Shown here one piece after another: positions 37,445 through 44,483 of a stretch of DNA of 44,483 bases. Both the position numbers and the translations under genes were made by a program. Below the pieces are notes generated by a model. It had not been told where the DNA came from. It made no database searches and saw only the letters and a program-made list of their open reading frames with translations. The first letter of the stretch is position 1. Each line of letters begins with the position of its first letter. Where the stretch lies: contig CALXMX010000211.1 of NCBI GenBank assembly GCA_944389575.1, forward strand, positions 1 through 44,483, in the 5' to 3' direction. The DNA is from an uncultured Opitutales bacterium (GTDB lineage: Bacteria; Verrucomicrobiota; Verrucomicrobiia; Opitutales; Intestinicryptomonadaceae).

Positions 37445-38368
37445 CTACTCGAGCGAAACCCTCACCGAAAATTCCCCGCGCCCGCCAGGCTCGACAAAGC
37501 GCACCGGCTTGGACGACGACTTCGGCGGCGACATCCACGGCTCCACGCAATAATACGGCGAATCCGGAAATTCCGCCCACGTCACCACGCACGTTCCCGG
37601 CGCCGGCCTGCCCCCGCCGTCTATCGAAACCGTCACGTCCTCTTCGCCGCTCTTAAGGCCGAACTTGACGACGCCCGTCTTAAGCTTTGAAAGAACCCTA
37701 TTGTGAATGTCGGGATCGTCGAATCCGTCCGCGTCTAAACGCCCCGGAAGGATTATCCCCTCTTTGGAGTTGCGCGAGGCTTTGCGGGCGTCGTGCACAA
37801 GCCTGTAATTTGCGCGGCCGAAACCTTCGTGCCACGGAAGCGTAAAATAAAAGTGCGTCCCGGCGCCCCACGGGATTCTGCGCTCGGATTTGTTTTCAAG
37901 CTCAAGCCGGCATGTCAGGGCGAGCTCCTCAAACAGATATTCCACGTAAAAGTCGAAGTCGTACGGATACGCCCGCTTCGACTCATCGCTGGGCAGATAG
38001 CGCGCCCGGAATCCCCGCTCCCCCACGGACACCGCCTCAAAACGCTCCATTGACGCGTATCCGTGAATGTGCATCGGGCGCTCGTCGCCTTCCGGAGTAA
38101 TCCAAACGCCCTCGCGCTCCCCCACAAACGAGCGTCCGGCAAACGGGAACAGAATCGGATTGCCGCCGCGCGCCTCCGAAAAGGCCTCACCGCCGCCTCC
38201 GTTCGGGGCGCGCTCGTCCCAATACAGGACGCTCCTACGCCTTCCCCCCGCAAGCGTCAAATCCCACTTCATCAGGCGCGCCCCCCATTCGACATTCGCC
38301 TCAAACACCGAGGGCCCGACCTTCCATTCGCAAATCTCGTATCCGTCGCTTGTCTTTTTCTTTCTCAC
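37445..38368 (-). CDS. Aldose 1-epimerase / galactose mutarotase-like protein
   Basis: RGGNPILFPFAGR, HGY, YPYDF, GTHFYF and YYCVEPW; GTG start. Confidence 0.85.
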   Translation of the reverse strand: MRKKKTSDGYEICEWKVGPSVFEANVEWGARLMKWDLTLAGGRRRSVLYWDERAPNGGGGEAFSEARGGNPILFPFAGRSFVGEREGVWITPEGDERPMHIHGYASMERFEAVSVGERGFRARYLPSDESKRAYPYDFDFYVEYLFEELALTCRLELENKSERRIPWGAGTHFYFTLPWHEGFGRANYRLVHDARKASRNSKEGIILPGRLDADGFDDPDIHNRVLSKLKTGVVKFGLKSGEEDVTVSIDGGGRPAPGTCVVTWAEFPDSPYYCVEPWMSPPKSSSKPVRFVEPGGRGEFSVRVSLE

Positions 38369-38371
38369 AGC

Positions 38372-39271
38372 CTACGCCTTTCTTCCCAAGAAGGAGTTTG
38401 AGCGCGCATAGCACTCTATTCCGCGCGCGCTCATGCGCGCGAGATTTTCGTCGAAGCGCACGCGCGTCCCGCGCTCAAACAGGGTCACTATGCACGACCC
38501 CCCGAATTTGAAAAGCCCCGCCTGCGCCCCGCGCTCCGCCCGGTCGCCAAGCTCGCCGAAATTCACAATCGTCCCGACGTTCGTCGCGCCGATCTGCACG
38601 AACGCGCACATTCCGAAAACCGGCGAATCTATCAGCTCCAAGACGCGCTTGTTCTCCCACAGAATCGCGAGGCGCTCCTTCAGCGCGATCGAGCTGACGG
38701 AGCACAAGCCGCCGGAAACGCGCTTTCTGGCGCACAGCTGCCCGCCGACCGGATAGCAGTAGCGGTGGTAGTCGAGCGGGCTGAGGCGGGATATGAGCAT
38801 GGGGCCGCCGTCAAAGCGCTCCGCAAGCTTGGCGTCGCCCAAGAAGCCGCCGAGCTCAAAGCGCTGACCCTTCGCGTAAAAGAAGTCGCGCGAGCCGACG
38901 CTTTCGACAAGCAGATGGCGGCCGTCGCACGGGAACGACAACACTTCGCCGTCGCCGGGCTCGGCCGTCGGGCGGGCGCCGGGAAGAAGCTCGCGCGTAA
39001 AAAAGTCGTTCCAGCATTTGAACGCGGAAATCGGCCTGAGGCTCTCGTCCATATTTATGCCGTATTTGAGCACAAATTTTTCGATTCCGCGCGCGCTGAT
39101 TTTCGAGTCCGCCCAAATGCCGAACGCGCGGGAAAAAAACGCCCTCTTAAACATCGCCCATACCGCCATGCGGCCGGGGACGGTGCCGTATAGAAAGCGC
39201 ATAAGACCCTCGGCGCACACGGGCTCCTCGGCGAATTTTCCGCTTGCGATGTCGTATATTTTTATCCCCAT
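38372..39271 (-). CDS. psd: Phosphatidylserine decarboxylase proenzyme
   Basis: NDFFTREL, PCDGR, RLSPLDYHR, ENKR, IGATNVG and cleavage motif FKFGGS. Confidence 0.9.
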   Translation of the reverse strand: MGIKIYDIASGKFAEEPVCAEGLMRFLYGTVPGRMAVWAMFKRAFFSRAFGIWADSKISARGIEKFVLKYGINMDESLRPISAFKCWNDFFTRELLPGARPTAEPGDGEVLSFPCDGRHLLVESVGSRDFFYAKGQRFELGGFLGDAKLAERFDGGPMLISRLSPLDYHRYCYPVGGQLCARKRVSGGLCSVSSIALKERLAILWENKRVLELIDSPVFGMCAFVQIGATNVGTIVNFGELGDRAERGAQAGLFKFGGSCIVTLFERGTRVRFDENLARMSARGIECYARSNSFLGRKA

Positions 39272-41448
39272 TGACGAGCCTCCTCCGGCCGCCTAAGCCG
39301 CTCTGCCAAAAGCGTGTCGCGCGCAGCACTCCTCGAGTTTGAAACCGCCAGCTTCCACGCCCGCGGATCGCCGACTATAAAAACGGCTTTGCGCGCGCGC
39401 GTAATGGCGGTGTACGCAAGATTGCGCTGCAGCATCATAAAATGCTGGCGCAAAAACGGAACCACCACCACGGGAAATTCGCTTCCCTGCGACTTGTGTA
39501 TCGTAATGGCATACGCCTGCTGGACGTCAACCAAATCCGACTTTTGAAGCGCGACCCTTCGCCCGTCGAAATCGACCGCCACCGAATCTCCTATCGAGAC
39601 AATTCTGCCCATGTCGCCGTTGAAAATTTCCAGCTCGTAGTTGTTGCGCGTCTGGATCACCTTATCGCCCACCGAGTACGCCGCCGCCCCGCAGCGCGCC
39701 GCCGGCGCGTTTCCGTTGAGCGCGGACTTCAAAGCCGCGTTGAACGACTGTACCCCCGCCGCCCCCCTGTGCATGGGAGCCAGCAGCTGCACGTCCGATA
39801 CGGAATCGCAGCCGAACAGCTTTGGAATCGTCCCGCACACCAAATCGACGCACGCTTTGAGGCAGTCGGCGGGCTCCGGCGCATACACGAACTGGATATC
39901 CGAATCCGGCGCGACCTCCCCGAGAGCCTTAGGCGGAATTTGCCGAAGGCAGTCGTCGCCCTCCAATATCGCATGGGCAACGGACACTATCGAACTTCTC
40001 TCCCTCTGCCTGAAAACCCTGTCCAACCTGACCACGGGAAACCTTCCCGAATCCGTGATGTCGCGCAAGACGTTTCCCGGGCCGACGCTCGGCAGCTGGT
40101 CGGCGTCGCCCACCAATAACAGGTGAGCCCCGTCGGGCACGGCGGATGCCACCGCCGCCGCAAGGCGCGTATCCAGCATGGAGGCCTCGTCTATTATGAC
40201 GAAATCCGCCGAGACGCGCTCGCCCTTTTTTTGCGCGCGCTTTCCCTCGCCGTATCCGAACATTCTGTGTATCGTCCCAGCCTCGACTCCCGCGCTCTCC
40301 GACATTCGCTGCGCCGCCCTGCCCGTGGGGGCCGCAAGCATTACGGAGCACTTCTTCGCCTTCAAAATGTCGCAAAGCGCGCGCAGTATTGTCGTCTTGC
40401 CCGTTCCGGGGCCGCCGGTGACGACGCAAACTTTGCTCTCCAGCGCGCGCGCAACCGCCGAAGCCTGCGAGCCGGAAAACTCGAAGCCCGCCCTATCCAT
40501 CGCCCACTTCACCGCCGCGCCGACCTTTATCGGAACCAGCCCGCTCGGCGCCGACGCGATTCTCTCCAAATTTTCCGCAACCGCGCGCTCCGCGTAATCC
40601 AGCGCGCCGGACTGCACGCGGCTGCCGCGCGCCTTCAGCTCGCCGCTTGCCAGCATTCGCTCCACGCCCTCCGCGCATTTTGCCGCGTCCGCGCCTAAGA
40701 GGGCGGAGGCCCTCGCAACAAGCTCTCCGCGCGGCACGCAGGTGCTTCCGTCAAGCTCGCACTCGCGCACTATGTGCATGACGCCGGCGTCTATGCGCTC
40801 CGGGCTCTCGTTCGGTATCCCCATGTTCAGCGCGATTCTGTCCGCAGTGGCAAACCCTATGCCGTCTATCTCCCGCGCGAGCCTGTACGGGGACGAGCGG
40901 ACTATCTCCCCGGCCTCGTCGCCAAACCTCCTTATTATCCGAACGCACATCGACATTCCAACTCCGTACGTCCGCAGAAAAATCACAATGTCGCGCAGGT
41001 TTTTTTGCTCCTCCCACGACTTCTTTATCCTGCGCGCGCGCTCTTCCCCGATTCCGCGTATCTCGCGCAGGCGCGCGCTTTCGGAGTCTATTATCCTCAG
41101 CGTGTCCTCGCCGAAGCGCTCCACAATTTTTTTCGCAAACCCGCCGCCGATTCCCTCGACCAGGCCGGACCCCAAAAATTTCTCTATCCCGTAAATCGAC
41201 GACGGCAGGCGGGATTCAAACGACTCCACCTTCAGCTGCATTCCATACGCCCCGCGGGAGACCCAAGTCCCGCTGACGCACAGCGTCTCGCCGCACTGCA
41301 CCGACGGAAGCGTCCCCGCGACGGTTATCGGCCCGGGAGGAAAGCCCTTTGAAGTCGGGCGCATGACGGCGATGCAATAGCAGTTTTCCTCGTTGAAGAA
41401 AACTATGCGCTCCAGCACCCCCTCGACAGTTGTCTTTTCCCCGTCCAT
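39262..41448 (-). CDS. recD2: ATP-dependent RecD-like DNA helicase (RecD2)
   Basis: N-terminal OB/HhH region; TGGPGTGKT, APTGRAA, IDEASM, GDADQLPSVGPG, FRQ, AYAITIHKSQGSE and YTAITRA. Confidence 0.95.
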   Translation of the reverse strand: MDGEKTTVEGVLERIVFFNEENCYCIAVMRPTSKGFPPGPITVAGTLPSVQCGETLCVSGTWVSRGAYGMQLKVESFESRLPSSIYGIEKFLGSGLVEGIGGGFAKKIVERFGEDTLRIIDSESARLREIRGIGEERARRIKKSWEEQKNLRDIVIFLRTYGVGMSMCVRIIRRFGDEAGEIVRSSPYRLAREIDGIGFATADRIALNMGIPNESPERIDAGVMHIVRECELDGSTCVPRGELVARASALLGADAAKCAEGVERMLASGELKARGSRVQSGALDYAERAVAENLERIASAPSGLVPIKVGAAVKWAMDRAGFEFSGSQASAVARALESKVCVVTGGPGTGKTTILRALCDILKAKKCSVMLAAPTGRAAQRMSESAGVEAGTIHRMFGYGEGKRAQKKGERVSADFVIIDEASMLDTRLAAAVASAVPDGAHLLLVGDADQLPSVGPGNVLRDITDSGRFPVVRLDRVFRQRERSSIVSVAHAILEGDDCLRQIPPKALGEVAPDSDIQFVYAPEPADCLKACVDLVCGTIPKLFGCDSVSDVQLLAPMHRGAAGVQSFNAALKSALNGNAPAARCGAAAYSVGDKVIQTRNNYELEIFNGDMGRIVSIGDSVAVDFDGRRVALQKSDLVDVQQAYAITIHKSQGSEFPVVVVPFLRQHFMMLQRNLAYTAITRARKAVFIVGDPRAWKLAVSNSRSAARDTLLAERLRRPEEARQWG

Positions 41449-41477
41449 TTGACCGGCTCAATTTCGCACCTCGACCG

Positions 41478-42146
41478 CTAAATTTCAACGCCAAACACCG
41501 CGCGCCCCAAGCCAGCAAGATCGCCGTACACGCCGACGGCCGACGGGCAGGACGCTCGCAGAGACTCCTCCGAATCCGACCCCGTGGCGACCAGCGCGCA
41601 CGCCGCGCCGACGTTTTCGGCGGATTTCCAGTCATACGGAGAATCCCCCACGAACAGCGACTCTCCCGCCGAAACGCCCATTGATTTCAACGCCGCCATG
41701 CCGAAATCCCTGTCGGGCTTGCGCGGGGAGTTTAGGGTCGTCGCGCAGACGCGCTCCATGAAGCGCGCAAGCCCCAAGCGTTCGAGCACTGCGTCGGCGG
41801 CCTCCACATGCTTGTTCGTAAAGCACGCAATGCGCACGCCGCGCGCCTTGAGCGCGCGCAGCAGCGCGGCCGCTCCGGGAAGCTCCGCAAGCCCGTCAAA
41901 GACGTGCTTGGGATTGGCGAGCATGTAGTATTCGCAAAGCCGTTGCACGTCGGAATCCGGAACGCCGGGCAGGAGCTTCTTCGCCGTCATGAGGACGGAG
42001 CCCCCGACGCTCCTGCGAACCTCCTCCAAAGTCGGCGGCGCAAATCCGAACTTCAAAAACGACTCCTCAAAAGTGCGCCAAATCGCCGTGTAGTTGTCCA
42101 CTAACGTCCCGTCCAAATCGAAGAATGCGGCGGCAAAATTTTTCAT
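41478..42146 (-). CDS. HAD family hydrolase (phosphoglycolate phosphatase-like)
   Basis: FDLDGTLVD, FTNK, RKPD and VGDSPYD. Confidence 0.92.
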   Translation of the reverse strand: MKNFAAAFFDLDGTLVDNYTAIWRTFEESFLKFGFAPPTLEEVRRSVGGSVLMTAKKLLPGVPDSDVQRLCEYYMLANPKHVFDGLAELPGAAALLRALKARGVRIACFTNKHVEAADAVLERLGLARFMERVCATTLNSPRKPDRDFGMAALKSMGVSAGESLFVGDSPYDWKSAENVGAACALVATGSDSEESLRASCPSAVGVYGDLAGLGRAVFGVEI

Positions 42147-42781
42147 CGGCCAACCCTCCCCATTTCAAGAAAGCGCGCCGGCGCAAAATTTTCGGCCAAG
42201 TATTTTTTTAGATACGCGCGCGTCGAATCCTCAATTTCGGCCGGAGCCTGCGGATACGTGTTGTACACCACCCCCCAGAGCTCCAGCCCCCGGTCGCGGC
42301 AATACTCCAAGCTCAGCAGCGCGTGGTTGAGCGACCCCAGGCGCGACGGCACCACCAACGCGAGAGGCAGGGAATGCTCCTCGACGTAGTCCGCCGTCAA
42401 AAGGCCTTCGGCGAGCGGGACAAGCAGGCCGCCCGCGCCCTCGATAAACACCGTCCCGTACTTTTTTTCCAGCATGTCCCCGTCCGCGGCCGCGCGCGAG
42501 TAGTCGACGCTGCGCCCCTCCATGGCGAACGCCAGGTGGGGAGAAGCCGGAAACTTCGCGACGTATCTGCACGTCGTAAAATCTAAATCCTCCGGCAGCA
42601 GCTGTACGCCCATTATGCGGCGGTGCTCGAGTATGTCCTCGGAAATTCCCGAACAGCCGGTCTGGACGAGCTTCTGCGTCGCCGCCGTCCGCCCGGCCTC
42701 AATCTCCATTTTGGCCAGCCAGCCGGTCGCCGCCGTCTTGCCCACGCCGGTGTCAGTTCCGCTAACAAAAATTTTCGCCAT
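42143..42781 (-). CDS. bioD: Dethiobiotin synthase
   Basis: FVSGTDTGVGKT, KLVQTG, SPHLA, IEGAGGLLVPL and LGSLNHALL. Confidence 0.97.
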   Translation of the reverse strand: MAKIFVSGTDTGVGKTAATGWLAKMEIEAGRTAATQKLVQTGCSGISEDILEHRRIMGVQLLPEDLDFTTCRYVAKFPASPHLAFAMEGRSVDYSRAAADGDMLEKKYGTVFIEGAGGLLVPLAEGLLTADYVEEHSLPLALVVPSRLGSLNHALLSLEYCRDRGLELWGVVYNTYPQAPAEIEDSTRAYLKKYLAENFAPARFLEMGRVGR

Positions 42782-42782
42782 T

Positions 42783-44483
42783 TTAAACCTCCTTCGCCGC
42801 CACTACATAGACGGGATTGTAATCCAAAAAAACTCCGCCTCCGGGAGACGGGAAACGCTCGGCGTACCTGCGGAAAAACTCCGCCGCCACCCCCGGAGTC
42901 CAAAACGACTTGAATCCCCCGTTGACGCCTGTGGCCCTTATGTGGCGCAAAACTTCGCGCGGGCTTTCAAACTCCCTTTGAACTAGGCAGTCGCGCGCGA
43001 GCAAAACCGAAAAGCCGCACTCTCCCAGCACGGAAACTATGCGCCCGAAAGGCATGTAGTCCAGCCCGCGCCCGGAGAGTTCCCGCGTCTGGCGAAAATT
43101 TTTCTCCCCGAAGGAAGAAAACGCCAAAAGACCGCCGGGATTCAAAATTCCGAAAAGCTTTGCGTAAAATGCGGGCGAATCCCCTATCCACTGGAAGCAG
43201 GAGGACGACAGTATCAAATCGTACCCGCGCCCCAAATCCGCCGACGCCGCGTCGCCGCAAATTATGCGCGCCCCGGGCAAAAACGACGCCGCGCGCGCGG
43301 CAAGAAGCGCGCTCTCATCGTTCAAAGTCCAATCCGCGCCCGGAAAGCGCGCTGCAAAAATCCTCGTCAAAAGCCCCGTCCCGCAGCCTATCTCCAAAAT
43401 CTTTTTCGGCGCAAAATTTCCGGAATTGCCCGCGCACTCCGCGCCCGACGCGCTCTCCGAACCGACGCGCGCGTCCTCTTGCGCGCGCACGACTTCCGAA
43501 TCGCGTCCGCCAGCAGCAATGCTCTTGTCCGCAACAAGGGGCCCGCCAACGGCCTGCGCGCCCCGCGCAACGCCCCCAAGCCCTGCGCCGCGCGCGAAGA
43601 ACGCGCAATCAGTTTTGCGCAGGCCGCCGGCTTTAGCCCCGCCCTCCGGGCATTCGGCGCGCCCGACGCGTTTCGCGCTCGCAAAGCCGCTCTTTTTTCC
43701 GGCAGTTTTTCCGCTATCGGAGCATTCTGAATTTTCGGCGCATTCTTCGGCATTTCCGGCGCACCCCGCGCGCGAAGAACGAGCAAACGCCGATTCTTCG
43801 CAAGCCAAATCCCCATTTGCGAGAACCTCAAAAAACAGCCTCTCCAACTCGGTACATATCTCCCGCTGGACGGACGCGGAGGAATCGTAGGACGGCGCGC
43901 TCCTTTCAAACTGGCTCGGGGGCCGCATGGCAAGGGCGAAGGCGGCCTCGAACAGGCGAATGTCGAAATGCGCGTCGCCTGCGAGTATCAGGCGGCCGCC
44001 CCACGCGCGCTCTAAATTGCGCGGGTAAAAAATCCTGTCCCTGCGCCCGCCCAGCGCCCACGTCCAATGCGATGCGTCGAAGCTTTTGCCGTCGAGAATG
44101 GAGCCCAAAAATTCCAGCTCGCGGCGGAGCCGCTCCGCCGGGCGCATTCTGCCGGACGCCCCGAACGCGCCGTCAAAGCCGCACACCCGCCGAAAGAATT
44201 TTGCAAGGCCGGCCTCGTCGAGATTGTCCAACGTCTTCCTGAACAGCTCGCGCGATATTCCGCGCTCGTCGTCAATCGGGCACGGGCTGGAGCACAGAGC
44301 CACCTTCACGCCCGCCGCGGACATCAGCCGCGGAAAATGCTCCGCCACCCCCAGGCCGAACGACCACGCGACAATCCCCACGCGCCCGTATCCGTCGGCT
44401 ACGCTTTCCAAATCCAGTTCACATTCGAGGTTTTCGTAGTCGCAGAGCATGAGAACGTCGCAGTCGTCCGGCAGGCGCAGCAG
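42783..44483 (-). CDS. bioC: BioG/DUF452 pimeloyl-ACP methyl ester esterase fused to BioC malonyl-ACP O-methyltransferase; start lies beyond the window
   Basis: Frame is open to the window end (LLRLPDDCDVLMLCDYENL). Esterase part: VAWSFG, PIDDERGI, DRIF, H. BioC part: FERSAPSYD..A.VQ, ILEIGCGTG, SSSCFQW, LNPGG and VLRHIRATGV. Directly upstream of bioD. Confidence 0.85.
   Translation of the reverse strand: MLRLPDDCDVLMLCDYENLECELDLESVADGYGRVGIVAWSFGLGVAEHFPRLMSAAGVKVALCSSPCPIDDERGISRELFRKTLDNLDEAGLAKFFRRVCGFDGAFGASGRMRPAERLRRELEFLGSILDGKSFDASHWTWALGGRRDRIFYPRNLERAWGGRLILAGDAHFDIRLFEAAFALAMRPPSQFERSAPSYDSSASVQREICTELERLFFEVLANGDLACEESAFARSSRAGCAGNAEECAENSECSDSGKTAGKKSGFASAKRVGRAECPEGGAKAGGLRKTDCAFFARGAGLGGVARGAQAVGGPLVADKSIAAGGRDSEVVRAQEDARVGSESASGAECAGNSGNFAPKKILEIGCGTGLLTRIFAARFPGADWTLNDESALLAARAASFLPGARIICGDAASADLGRGYDLILSSSCFQWIGDSPAFYAKLFGILNPGGLLAFSSFGEKNFRQTRELSGRGLDYMPFGRIVSVLGECGFSVLLARDCLVQREFESPREVLRHIRATGVNGGFKSFWTPGVAAEFFRRYAERFPSPGGGVFLDYNPVYVVAAKEV

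Noticed and set aside
43413-43820. Intein or IS element within bioC
   Set aside because: No C-terminal His-Asn splice junction, endonuclease motif, transposase or terminal inverted repeats were seen.

Overview
GC-rich bacterial chromosomal segment, most consistent with a host-associated Verrucomicrobiota (Opitutales-like/PVC) genome. That assignment is inferred from the DUF1549/DUF1553-DUF1501-PPC cluster and the EF-P loop type. About 31 protein genes are present, mostly housekeeping (eno, rpiB, glyA, phospho-sugar mutase, purD, LptF/G, rsmD, argA, efp, pyrD, dtd, psd, recD2, bioD, BioG-BioC fusion). They are interspersed with secreted hydrolases and long (470-800 bp) low-complexity intergenic spacers rich in short tandem duplications. 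No rRNA, tRNA, CRISPR array or mobile element was recognised. Main observations: (1) a four-gene exported operon (heme-less DUF1549/DUF1553 protein with a hexapeptide-repeat stalk, Tat-exported DUF1501, PPC-domain protein, chagasin-type cysteine-protease-inhibitor lipoprotein); (2) single in-frame stops in otherwise intact ybaK (TAG) and purD (TAA), both at positions where homologues commonly have Lys; (3) a sigma-54-activator-like protein lacking GAFTGA, the Walker B Glu and an Arg finger; (4) an EF-P with a QGRQ (Arg32) tip and no adjacent earP; (5) a recurring leaderless-promoter geometry, including divergent genes 12 bp apart; (6) an 8-bp periodic degenerate repeat array; (7) a ~136-aa in-frame low-complexity insertion inside BioC.
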